Positions 52,257 through 64,000 of a stretch of DNA of 64,000 nt are shown here, in pieces. The notes beneath the pieces were generated by a model that was given only the letters and a program-made list of their open reading frames with translations, did no database searches and had not been told where the DNA came from. The position numbers and the translations under genes are program-made. This DNA comes from Aplysia californica (Eukaryota): the NCBI RefSeq assembly GCF_000002075.1, contig NW_004797306.1, forward strand, positions 289,048 to 353,047, read 5' to 3'. Position 1 is the stretch's first letter; every line of letters begins with the position of its first letter.

Positions 52257-52499
52257 CTGATAAAACAAGACATAAACATGGAAGCATATAACTTTTGTCC
52301 ATGCTAAAGGAAAGAAACTTTTTTACTTCACATCACTGCATGAAATCAGATTATTCTCCGCAGTTTTTGAAAATAATGTCGCTACTATAATCCTTACAAA
52401 TGATACATTTTAGATTTTTTTCATAGCCTGAGCATTTTCAAATTAATAAATGTGTATTCTTTTAGGATGATCTTATTTGGGCTACATGTAGCCCAAATA

Positions 52500-52870
52500 A
52501 ACACTCCCATTCTTTTATTGAGCCGAAACCATGGTCATCTGAGCATCCATATCAATAGTAAACAAATGAAACAGGTGAAGGAGTTTAAATATTTTGGCAG
52601 CACTCTTTTTGAAAACGGGTCCATTGACAGAGAAATAGAACACCCGATACAAATGTCACCTAGCCAGCCAGCCTTGATTGCCTATAGCACCAAGCACTCA
52701 GGCTATAAAGGAATAGGAAAGCCATGCAAAAAGTGGATTGAGGGTGCCAAGGAAACCCTAACAAATCATAATATCCCAACTGAAAAAGCTGTGGAGCTGG
52801 CCTACCATAGAAAACTGCATCTTCCCTTGACGCTTAACGGCAACAGAGGATGAAAAAATAAAAGTAAACA
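52500..52870 (+). mobile_element. Internally deleted LINE (RTE-like) 3' fragment; tail copy at 58513-58595
   Basis: QMKQVKEFKYFGS RT C-terminal motif, GKPCKKWIE, (AAAGT)n tail. Confidence 0.6.
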
Positions 52871-53484
52871 TTCTTTTATTTGCAAAAAACATAAATTTAT
52901 ACAAGAGCTGCACTTTCTGAAGGCAGTTTTTCTACTTCATTCGTTCATGAATCCACATTCTCAGTTTGATTTGGCAAGACAGTCACAATTAAGATCTCTT
53001 CTGTATTCATCAAAATAATTACACTTTCTTGTCTTGATATTGTCCTACTAACAAATATAATACTAGTATGTTCTCTAGCAGACCCAGCAACGCGCTGCAA
53101 CATTCCTTCATCAGACGTGCAGATTATGCAAACATTACTTAAGCCTGTATCCCTCTTCAATTTTCCCTGCACTAAATAACCTTCATTATGTTGCTTCTCT
53201 TCACTCAAATTTACATTTATTATCTAAATGACTTTCTATGGTGCTCACAATGTGAACATCTAAAAATTATTATCTCATAGAGTCTTTTTAAAAACATAAC
53301 CCCTTTTTGTTAGGAGACTACAATTCTCCAGATTATTTCTTCTATAACAGGGATTTAAAAAATTCAAGATAAAATGAAACAACGAATTTTTCAGAGAAGA
53401 CTGCACAAACTCATTCTCAACTCCCCGTGCCTTTTTACATTGTCCTTATAAAATCTGTACAGTAGAAAGCAGACATGTCCGCAC

Positions 53485-53594
53485 CTAGCCAAGAGCCTGA
53501 GCCTGTCCTTGATGTGACCAACAGAGTTGTCCAGCTGTGAGAGAGCAGGAGGGAGTGAGTGGACGCCGTGTCTGGTGCTGGTTCTTCCTGTAGT
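53485..53594 (-). CDS. Kelch gene exon (linker into coiled coil)
   Basis: TTGRTSTRHG...SQLDNSVGHIKDRLRLLA. Confidence 0.6.
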
Positions 53595-53600
53595 CTGTTG

Positions 53601-53941
53601 TAATAATAATAATAATAAATAGTACTTGTACAGTGCATAACCCCGCTGTACAGCAAGCTCTATGCGCATTACACTATATTACCCCAGCAGATCATAGAGC
53701 ACTCAGAAACATTCTTCGCTTCCTGGGAAGCATACAGTGCAGACAATTAATTAAGTGCTCAAACACTATCAAACGGACAAGATCTTTCTCTGTCTAGAGC
53801 TGGGAACCCATTCCCACCTGGGTGAAGTGAGGAAAATTCATGTAAAGTGCCTTTCCCAAGGACACAACGTCAGGTCCCTGATCGGATTCGAACCCACGAT
53901 CTTACAGTTGCGAGTCTGAGAGCCAAACCACTCGGCCATCC
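53601..53941 (-). mobile_element. tRNA/CORE SINE with L2-like tail
   Basis: GGCCGAGTGG A-box, GGTTCGAATCC B-box; homologous to 17603-17945. Confidence 0.75.
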
Positions 53942-55750
53942 ACACCACATAATTTTGTATAACAAAAGCTGCAGTGATGGACTCAACGTTACAGTCAAAC
54001 GGGGAACAAAACATAATATTATGTATATATATCCAAGTAAAATGCACTACAATGATGAAATACTAAAAGAGTAATAGAGTTCAGATATATCAAAGTCTTA
54101 TTTGGTGGAGTCCACTTAAACCAAAATGTTTGGGACCACCGGAATTTTTTACTGTTTAGCTTCTTTTCGGTGAAGTGAGGATGATAATAATAATAGAGGA
54201 AACAAAAATCTGGGATTTTATTTTCTTTTGTTTTACAGCTGTCTTTGGATTACTTGTGTTTGGTTTAAGCTGACTCCACTGTATATCGATCTTCCTTTTC
54301 ATGGAATAAGTTTCCAGTTTCCAATGATTGATTTTCATTCCTCATAAATCTGTCATAAACTATAATGTCTGCAACATCCAAAAGAGCCTATTTTTTTTAT
54401 ACATGTACCTTACCGTAAGGTGGAAATCACTAATGAACTAAAAGAAATCTACATTTACAGTTCAGTCAAAAAAATTACAAAGATTAAAACTGAGATTGCT
54501 GTGTTAATAATTTCAATAAACATTATTACTCATGGAATTTTTTACTTGAACTTCATCGAAGCATGGAGTCGAAGGAGTTCAAATCTTGCAATAAGATTGA
54601 AAAGAGTTATTATTTTCAAAGTCAAGCAGATTGTATGCCACACCCCTGAAACACCTTGCCGAGGAGAAGTGATACTCACTATATCGTACAAGTCTGCGAT
54701 AAAAGGCAGGTGTATGTCTCCGCTACGACGGTCACCCACTGGCCAGTCTAGAGGGCCAGAGTCCATACCAGACCCTCCACTCTCTGGGTAGCTCAAAAGA
54801 GGATGATGAAGTGATGACCAGTGGGCTCTGTGTGACTGCACGGGCACCTCTGCTAATGGGAGGCAGCTTCTGGCCAGGTTCCTGCTCCTGCTGGGTCAAG
54901 CTGTCCCTGAGGTACGGGTGTCAGAAGGCTAGCGGTCGTCTGTCTTGTTGGGCCATCACATGAGCTAAACATAAAGGAAACTAAGATATAGGTATATTTT
55001 ATTGAATCTCCATGGAAAAAAAAATTGACAGTGTTCTCTTGCATGCTTCTGTAGAACAAAATGTGAATTTAGAGCATCCTTCCAATACAAACACACAACC
55101 AAATCGTGAACACACACACACAACACCAACACAATAGGTAACACAACACCCCTGCCCCCTCCCCCCACCCCACACTAAATAGTGCACATTCAAATAGAAA
55201 TGGGTCTGCCATCGAGGACTGTGTGATGGCAGAGAAGGTGTGTATGTATATATAGTCGGGGCTAGCCAGATTTTCCTTTTTGGAATGATAATAGGTGGTG
55301 ACTTTCAAAATCAAATTTAAATACGTTTGTTTTTCAAAGTAACTAATTATATGCATTTAATTTGTCAGGTGAGTAACGGCTAATCACAAGGCTTGTAGCC
55401 TACAAATCACAAAATCAAGGTGAGATCTTTTGTTTGCGCACAGAATGCTATAATGGACGGTGTTGATTCGGAGATATTGGTAGAAAGCTATGGAAATTTC
55501 CCATGTCTGTGGGATTCAAGAATCTCTCAACACAGTAACTGCCATATGCAGTAAAGCCACTATTGAAGGAAATATTTATGTTCTAAATGGTATGTTTTAT
55601 GTACATCAACACCACGAGACACTGGATAAAACCTCTACCCCAAGCTACACAATCACCAGAGATCAATGTTTTCCCTGCTTTGACATGCGAGTCAAATTTG
55701 ATGTAGTAAGGCAGAGGTCTATACACAGTTTGCACTGAACCCACTATTAA

Positions 55751-55832
55751 CACTTTGCCGCCTCATCTCGCCAATTGGCGATGTTTACCACCCAGTTTCT
55801 TTTTTTTTTTCCTAAAATATGATGGCAAAGTG
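55751..55832. mobile_element. 82-bp TTAA-flanked MITE (related copy from 7190 to about 7383)
   Basis: TTAA-CACTTTGCC...GGCAAAGTG-TTAA; internal homology with 7190-7255. Confidence 0.7.
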
Positions 55833-55951
55833 TTAAATCAACATTACCCGACACAATCCCGTCCTACCAATGGGCACCTGGTGCTAGTCCGCCTCTTCAC
55901 AACACAAGACTCCTATTGTGTTGACTCAATATCAACAATATTTCAACTCAC

Positions 55952-56039
55952 CAGGATGGCGGTCAAATGGGTCAATAAGGTCAAGGGTCATTACATTCCC
56001 TTGGCTGCAGCTGTTGTCTCTCCCAAACACCAAGAATAG
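55952..56039 (-). CDS. Kelch gene exon
   Basis: LFLVFGRDNSCSQGNVMTLDLIDPFDRHP; clear AG and GTGAGT. Confidence 0.6.
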
Positions 56040-57709
56040 CTGACAGGGAAAAGAAGAAATAGAAACAAGATTACAGAGTTCACTGCAACTGAATTGGGGT
56101 CCCTTTTTGAGTAGTGTTACAGTCTTTAAAGAGACGCAACACAGGCTATTAACCAAAAGCCTTTGCACCATTTTCTAACAGCAAAATACAAAGGAGTTTT
56201 TCTCCTGCACTTGTTGGCAACCACTGGGATCTATATTCTCATCTATAAACACATCTTATTTGTTTGGCTTTTTAATCTTTCATCAAAATCTGGATGAAAA
56301 AGCATTTCGAGTTATAGTTTTAAAAGTTACTTGTAAATAAGCAGTGACCATTAGCAAAATTTTTGAAAACCCATTAAAGGGGGGCACTTTTCTTGACACT
56401 CTGTGGAAACTTATTTGCACCATAATTTTGTGCCAGGGATAACATTTCATTAGACGTGTAATAAAATTTACTACAGGATAATTTGAGGCTCCCTATAGTT
56501 TTTGGAAAACACCATGAAAGCGAGCACAAGCATGGAGCAGTAAATTCTGATATCAGAGGGGATGGAGGCTGAAAACTAAAATGTTTTGCTGCATTCATCT
56601 TTTCTGTAACACATAATCAGTATAAAACAGTCACTACTACATTACAGAAAAAGAAAAGGAATAGAAATAAATATGGATGAAGTACCCAGCTCTAATAAGC
56701 TCTGTCCAGTAAACACGATCCCACACAAGTCTTTCTGACTGTCTCTAGAAATATCCACTCCACTTTTCCTCTGCACCCAGATTACAGCAACAGAAAGGCT
56801 CTTAAATAGAAGTAAAAAGATTGGGGACTTTATTTTCTTTCAGTGAAACGCTATTTTCAGATTAACCGTAATTCCATTTAAGTGGACTCCATTGTATTTC
56901 ACAGTGTGACCCCTCCTTTCCAAGGCTGGGGGCAGTAAAAAGTTAAAATGCAAAAATCAAGCTTCAGCAAACTCTGTAAAATGTTTTGAATGTATTTTAT
57001 GCACACATGTGATGTCAAGCTTGAGTTTTTGTAAAGATATTCTGCAACTGTAAGGTAAATGCTTTACAACAACTAAAACTAGTAAAACTTTGGCAACATT
57101 TACTATAGGGGGAGATTGACATACGTAAGCTCAGCTTGTAAACAGTGGATGTCTCAGTGTAGGTTGAGGGTGGGCCGATTCCTCCCCATTAAGTAGATGC
57201 CCTGAAAAGCATGAGGAAAGAAAAGAGTATTAAAAATTAACTGTAAGTCTGAAAATGAGTACGAAAGCAGTTAAATAGGTAGAAATAACAAATCAAAAAT
57301 CAACTTAAGGGGTTTTTTGAAAATAGAAAAACAGTCGTTATTTTGTTGATATAGCAAGTTCAAATGTGACATAGTAAGAGCAAATTGATAGATCACGTTT
57401 CTATCTATATACCTACCTACATCCCTACCTACCTACTTACCTACCTACCTACCTATCAATATATTTATCCATCCATCCATCTGTCTATATCCAGGTTGTG
57501 AAATGGTAGGCAGCATTAAAGAACATTCTATAAACTGTAAGATTCCTTCTTTCAGTGCTCTATCAGTGAAACATCAATTTACATACAGCTATGGCAGTAA
57601 TTTTTGTACTTCTGTACCGTGTTACTGTTTGAAATGTGGGTACAACTGGAGAAAGATGCACAGTGCAGATGTCTTTAGAGAGAAATCGTTGATATTGGGG
57701 CCCCTGTTC

Positions 57710-57746
<37 letters not shown>

Positions 57747-58512
57747 NNNNNNNNNNNNNNNNNNNNNNNNNNNNNNNNNNNNNNNNNNNNNNNNNNNNNN
57801 NNNNNNNNNNNNNNNNNNNNNNNNNNNNNNNNNNNNNNNNNNNNNNNNNNNNNNNNNNNNNNNNNNNNNNNNNNNNNNNNNNNNNNNNNNNNNNNNNNNN
57901 NNNNNNNNNNNNNNNNNNNNNNNNNNNNNNNNNNNNNNNNNNNNNNNNNNNNNNNNNNNNNNNNNNNNNNNNNNNNNNNNNNNNNNNNNNNNNNNNNNNN
58001 NNNNNNNNNNNNNNNNNNNNNNNNNNNNNNNNNNNNNNNNNNNNNNNNNNNNNNNNNNNNNNNNNNNNNNNNNNNNNNNNNNNNNNNNNNNNNNNNNNNN
58101 NNNNNNNNNNNNNNNNNNNNNNNNNNNNNNNNNNNNNNNNNNNNNNNNNNNNNNNNNNNNNNNNNNNNNNNNNNNNNNNNNNNNNNNNNNNNNNNNNNNN
58201 NNNNNNNNNNNNNNNNNNNNNNNNNNNNNNNNNNNNNNNNNNNNNNNNNNNNNNNNNNNNNNNNNNNNNNNNNNNNNNNNNNNNNNNNNNNNNNNNNNNN
58301 NNNNNNNNNNNNNNNNNNNNNNNNNNNNNNNNNNNNNNNNNNNNNNNNNNNNNNNNNNNNNNNNNNNNNNNNNNNNNNNNNNNNNNNNNNNNNNNNNNNN
58401 NNNNNNNNNNNNNNNNNNNNNNNNNNNNNNNNNNNNNNNNNNNNNNNNNNNNNNNNNNNNNNNNNNNNNNNNNNNNNNNNNNNNNNNNNNNNNNNNNNNN
58501 NNNNNNNNNNNN
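57747..58512. other. Assembly gap (others at 11319-11418, 18320-18462, 26752-26917)
   Basis: Runs of N. Confidence 0.99.
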
Positions 58513-59883
58513 AGCTGGCCTACCATAGAAAACTGCATCTCCCCTCGACGCTTAACTGCAATAGAGGATGAAAAAGAAAAAGTAAAGTAAAGTACAAAAG
58601 AAACAGAATGAACAAAAAAGCTATTCTTCTATAGAACTAGTATCTTAACAAGACAAGAATCGACAGGAAAGACATTTCATGCTTAGCTTGTACATATATA
58701 TTTTTACAGTGCAAGCCTTACTACTATTTTAAAAAGTGTCAATAATGTTTTAAAAGGAGTATGCTGACATTCAGATTAGAAGCATGAGAATCTAACTTGC
58801 AAATGTCCTACAAAAGTCTGAAAATAGCTTTCCTGTTGATTATTCTTCCATATACCCCACCCCACCCCCCTACACCCCTCTATAAACAAAGGAATTTAAT
58901 AAAAGGGCAACAGGATAAGACTGGGAAAGCAGTTCCAAAACACAGACCACAATCAAACAAAATCAGAACACTAGCAACAAGAATCAACCTATTCAATCAA
59001 ATTTCCACATCATCAAACTTCCAGCAGATTCCCCTTTATGAGCCCATTCTGTGACTAATTGTACGAGATAATTGATCATAATATATTCCATTACTAACTA
59101 CTCTGTGATATATTGGAGCTACCCTTCCGGACCAAGACAAAAAACTGAGGACCTACTCAGGGGACAATGCAGCCCTTATAGAAAACTACACATATCATTT
59201 CATAGTGCTGAACTATAGGGCAAAAGCTCAACCTTTGCTAAGACTGACATCAACAAGAACGATGAAGCATGTTACTCATTCTACCATATGTCACATGAGT
59301 TATGAACTCTTTTTTTATGTATGTATTTAATGCCAGCATTGACAAAATTTAGATCATTTGGGGGAGAGGGAGGGGGCTTTGACCCTGATTGTCAGAGCAA
59401 CCTGGGATGAGAAGGATACAATATCCCTGCAGAAAGATGGAGATGCTTGATAAAAATTCTCCCCACATTGGAATTTAAGTTAGATTCCCTGTGTGCAGTT
59501 ATGAAGCACCTAATTACTTCTCCACAAACACTGATTGTTTTTCAAATGGCATCATTCAAACTATCAAAATTGTTCAATATATCGAGAGTGGTTCACATAG
59601 AACAGAACATCGAAATTCATCTGGATTCTTTTATTCTAAGGTTTGGTGGCTCCTTAAATGAAGAAACAAGAGAGGTAAGATAGGTTGTCTTTTTCTTCTT
59701 TTGTGTTTCCCCACTACATCTAAGGGTTAGTTGACAACGGGTTCTCTCACTATGCGACTTCTAAGCTTATTGGTCTTAATATATTATACACCTGATGTCC
59801 ATTGTCGCCATCAGAAAGTAGGATTTCTTGCTGTTCAGTCAGCCATGCTGATTTTAAAGAGACTCTTAACTATTAAAACTGAC

Positions 59884-59984
59884 CTGTGTTGAATGAGAAG
59901 ATATCATTGTACCAGGTCTCAGCACCATTGTGGCCTCCAAACACATACACAGCATCCTTCACCACACAGGCAGCATGCTCACAT
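59884..59984 (-). CDS. Kelch gene exon
   Basis: CEHAACVVKDAVYVFGGHNGAETWYNDIFSFNT. Confidence 0.82.
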
Positions 59985-61040
59985 CTGTGGAAAAATGGCA
60001 AAGGGAAAGTTTAATATACTTATAATGCAAAAATTCAGAACAAATGCAAGAGAAAAAAACTTTTAGTTTAGTTTAGTTTTAGTAGAGGTTTTACGGCACT
60101 CGCAACTGCATAAGGTCATACGAGCGCCAGAAGAAAAGAGGTGTTACAAGAGAGTAACAAACATAAAAAAGAAGAAGGGGAGATAAGGACGATAAATGTT
60201 TGATAGGAAAGAAGGAGCAAACCACACCAGAGCACCCGCCAACCATCCACAGAAAAAAAACCTATTGAAAACTACTCATTAATTGCCCAGCCAGTAATAG
60301 CTCTTCTTTTATATCTTCTCCACTACCCCCCCCCCCCAAACAAAAAAACCCCCAACTAACAAACAAGAAAATCCAATACCCCCTCCCCCCCAAAAAGGCA
60401 TAGAGTGTTTACTTGCAGTGATCTTAATGCAAACATAGCTTTGCAGATGATTTGTAATCAAACTGTCAGTCTCTCCATCTGCCCCAACAGCTACAACAGG
60501 TACATTACAGATTAGACGGGACATTTTTGGTGTGGCATTGATTAAAATTATCAACGTCTTGAATATCACCAAAATGGTTTCCTGAATAGAAGTATAGCTT
60601 GCATGAATCGAGTAATCAAGCCCTTAAACATTTACTCAACTTTATGAAGCGACCAGTTTCACATCATCTCTGCGGAGTGAATGTATTAAGGCTACACGTA
60701 AATGCTGCTCCTAAAAAAAAAAACTCCGCCGTTGTTAGTACAAGTGACACATCAAAGTTATGCATATTGAAAAAAGTACTTAGTTTTACAGAAATATTTT
60801 TTTTAAAGGAAAACTGGTGCCAGCTACAAGCTAATGAAATTTTCTTTTATGAAAGCTTAATACTTTGTGATGAAGTGGGCAGTCGGTGGGTACTCTGATG
60901 TGGTCTCCATCTCTTACATTTCTTCCAGTGTTATTGGGCCCCTTCTGTGTTCTGACAAGATATGTCTGTTATCATGCCGACTTTTCATAAACTATAACCA
61001 AGTAGAAACAAAAGTGCTAGAGTAATAATTTTCAATTTAC

Positions 61041-61119
61041 CACATCATGTGCCCTGCCCTCTCCAGTGGAATATCTCCTCCTTGACAGAGTTTCGCCCAT
61101 TTCAGAGCCCCACGGTGAA
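61041..61119 (-). CDS. Kelch gene exon
   Basis: HRGALKWAKLCQGGDIPLERAGHMM (W...G..P..R.GH kelch motif). Confidence 0.72.
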
Positions 61120-62206
61120 CTGCAAAAAAGTATAATGGGATGCCATTTAAACAGAGTGAGTTTGAGACATGAAGTATACATACATTTCATAAAATGTACA
61201 AGATTGCCTAAATTCAGAAACACACATGTGTCTTTTATTGTCATTTTTAGAGATTTCAGAGAGCTCCCCTCCCCCCATATCTGATGTTCCCATCTTCACC
61301 TCCCAAATGTCTTAAAAGAGTGTTAATGATTTAAAAACTAAACACATCAGTACAATAAAGTGAGTGTCATTACAGGGTGGAGGAAGGGGAATTATTATGT
61401 CTTATGTGGAAAGGGGGGGGGGGGGTGAGGGGGGAAAAATTACGGTACTGAGACAATGAAATGTGTTTGCATTACTAATTATGCATCAGCTATGAGCTTT
61501 TTTTCTTAGGAAGACTGTACACCACTAAAACATGAAAGACAAAAGAATTAGGTGAATGACAGATATTTATATAGATCTATACATTGTCTATAAAGCAATC
61601 AAACTTTTCCTCATTATTTTTTTTTTTTGCAGCATAATGCATGCATCTGCTCAAAAGGAATTTTTGAAATTTCTTGGTAAAACAAGTTAAGGGAGAGCTA
61701 GGTTGTAGATATAAAAAATAAACGACACATGTTTTTCTTTAAAATGTCTTTTCATTCGAGAAAGGTACACATTGCAATTCGTTTTGAATACAAACACAAT
61801 GACAGACAGACAAACAAAAACAAACACACACCCAAACTCAAAATATAAACATTATTTTAGAAGCTTACAAACAAAAATTCCAAATCTAATTTTTTGTAAA
61901 GTACAACATGTGCTGCGTTTTGTGTAAAAGAAAAAAAAAAGGTAGCAGATGAACATAAAACAGACAGGTAGACACCACAAGACAGAAAGAAATTTTGTAC
62001 AAAGATATCATATTCAATTCCAAATAAAAATGAAAACAAAATGTAGTCATCTAAGGGTTCACGATCTAAGTCTGGGAGATATGAAAACAAAAACAAATTA
62101 ATTGCTGATACCCAAAAACAATCTAAAAGAAAGAAAAGAAATAATAAAATAAAAATAGCTACTCCCTGCCGAAGGATCTATGACGAAAAGAACTTAAGAG
62201 AGAAAC

Positions 62207-62243
62207 CTTTTAAACGGTACATATCATTTTGATAGAAGGTACC
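62207..62243 (-). CDS. Kelch gene exon
   Basis: GTFYQNDMYRLK; in phase with both neighbours. Confidence 0.65.
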
Positions 62244-63665
62244 CTGAAAAAACAAGTACATACTTAATTAATATCAGATCAATTTAATTTTTCTTTCCTC
62301 CAGCTGAAAGGCATAAAAGACCAAATATTTGCAACATTTTTTCGAAGAGAATTGGCAATGTATTCTTATAATATAGATCTATATATATATGTGTGTCACA
62401 ACGCGGTGGAATCAGGCGTTCATCAATTTTTGGGCTTGTGGAGTTATAGGATCATCTGAAAACTTGTTCATTTGCTTGCTTTAGATGAAAAAAAATCCTC
62501 GTCAACTTAGAATAGAGGTTGAAATATTTTAAATTGAAAATGGTGGGTGTCACCTGGTTTTAGAGGTAAAATTATAAGTGAGAAAATGGCCACCAAAGAT
62601 GACTTATTTTCTTAGCTTGAGAGTTCGAGGAAACTGAAAATTTACATTTTTTGTGCCTTTAATCAACGTTTTTCAGTAAAATCCATTCAGAAATTTGCTC
62701 TTTAATGGGCATGAAAGGTGTTGAGGCAAAACACAAAAATTCAATGAAAATTCACAAACTTGAGGTAAAAATAGTAAAATGTTAGTTTCTTCATTTTGAT
62801 TGTTTTGACGATCCCCTGATTTCACCACATGTAATTTTTCACATATGTAATTGATGCTTGCAAGCGAAGTTGCGAGATGTTTTCTTACATTTTATAAAAG
62901 CTTTTTTACCACAAGAGGGTCATTTTCTGAGAGCTTTATTGTCATAAAAAGTTATTACACTTATTTCATTAAAGACTAACAGATTAAATTTTCCTTTTTT
63001 ACACACATGTAAATCAGTGAGGATATGGGGCACTCATTTGTAAACTTGTAAAACACAGCTTGACAGGATGACAAAGATGCACAGTAATGAGAAGCTGTAG
63101 TTGAATGCAAGTTTTATCATCCCTAGGCTGCACAACAAGATTCAACTTTCTCTAACCCCCCTCCCCCCCCCTTAAAAAAAAAGCAAAACAAAAAAAAACA
63201 CCAAAAAAAACCCAGTACAGCAAAGACCTTCGAGGTCAATATACATGTATTTTTGCAGGAAGAGAAATTAATTAAATAGGCATTTGAGGCACTATATGTG
63301 GTGTTTCACATTAAGTGAAGCCTATCTTGTATACTTACTGTGAGGCATTTTAACACATTATATAGTGTCTCACATAAAGTATAGCTAGCCTAGTTTTTTT
63401 TTTCCTTTTTACAGTACATGTACAGGCTTCACACGAAACCTACTCTAACCACTACATACCTGTCTAAGATATACATCAGCACAAACCTACATTTCCCACT
63501 TCTCCTCATTATTTTTTTTCAATATCATTATAAATGACATTGTCCAGGAAGACCATAAGTATAAAATTAACACTTATAATTCTGACAATGGTTGGCCTTC
63601 TCAGACAGGTTCGACTACATCAATAGTGCAACACCTTTCACCTTTCTTTTTGAGGTATCACTTAC

Positions 63666-63728
63666 TAGTGCAGCATTCTCTGAGTTGCGAAGTTCAACAT
63701 TTTTTCCTCCAAAGACATAGGTTTTCAC
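63666..63728 (-). CDS. Kelch gene exon
   Basis: VKTYVFGGKNVELRNSENAAL; GTAAGT donor. Confidence 0.7.
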
Positions 63729-64000
63729 CTTTCACAGAAAAAGCAACATCATGGCTGAAATGAAACAGTACAAGCATGATGAATATATGACATTCAATCT
63801 TAATTCTTTCTTTTTTACAGGGAGGGAGGCGGAGGAGAGGGGGAATAAAGCTCAAAGGCTCCGTCCTTCAATATCAGAATTCATTTTTTAATTGCTGTTT
63901 AAGCAGGGTAGGGCCTATTCAAGTGAATGGAATTTGAGGCACTTGGCCTGACAAGATCTGATCTCTCTAATCACTTGAATTTTATAGCTAATCAACAGCT

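Larger units (their letters stand above)
48439..63728 (-). pseudogene. Kelch-repeat plus C-terminal coiled-coil gene (Kel1/Tea1/RABEPK/KLHDC-like architecture); disrupted or mis-assembled; 5' end probably outside the window
   Basis: Minus-strand exons 63666-63728, 62207-62243, 61041-61119, 59884-59984, 57125-57201, 55952-56039, 54680-54964, 53485-53594, 52172-52256, 51631-51750, 48439-48546. Lesions: stop at the 61041/59984 junction, +1 shift at 57184-57187, TGA at 54921-54923 and a further frame change in that exon. Other exons may lie in gap 57747-58512. Confidence 0.6.

Noticed and set aside
53870-53941. tRNA genes at A/B-box motifs (also near 1790-1850, 3470 and 17890)
   Set aside because: They are SINE heads fused to CORE/Nin domains and LINE tails; no complete cloverleaf is evident.
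57503-58538. Long ORFs of 341 and 287 aa (also those at 26398-27022 and 18255-18539)
   Set aside because: Artefacts of N gaps and microsatellites.
60309-61000. Bridging kelch exon between 61041 and 59984
   Set aside because: Each candidate acceptor I tested gave a stop or a non-kelch, wrong-phase peptide.

Overview
AT-rich, repeat-laden animal genomic DNA with four N gaps; the SINE/LINE types and TTAGGG repeats suggest a lophotrochozoan, probably a mollusc (inference). Three genes were reconstructed by hand. (1) An intronless AP-1 jun gene on the minus strand (ATG 9644 to stop 8739, 301 aa). Its compact immediate-early promoter has TATA, Inr, AP-1, CCAAT, E-box, MEF2 and kB motifs. (2) A divergently oriented meiotic MutS-gamma gene, msh5, on the plus strand (12584-45861). 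Its 25 GT-AG coding exons join in phase to 1184 aa, and the last exon adds a ~345-aa disordered tail with S/T-P sites and SIM-like motifs. (3) A convergent minus-strand kelch-repeat plus coiled-coil gene (48439 to at least 63728; 5' end probably beyond the window) that carries several reading-frame lesions. About 530 bp upstream of the jun start site is a near-perfect 212-bp palindrome built around telomeric repeats. Introns and intergenic DNA hold tRNA-derived SINEs, RTE and I/Nimb-like LINE fragments, pogo-, piggyBac- and hAT-type MITEs (one with a CGGBP1-like transposase relic), minisatellites and microsatellites.
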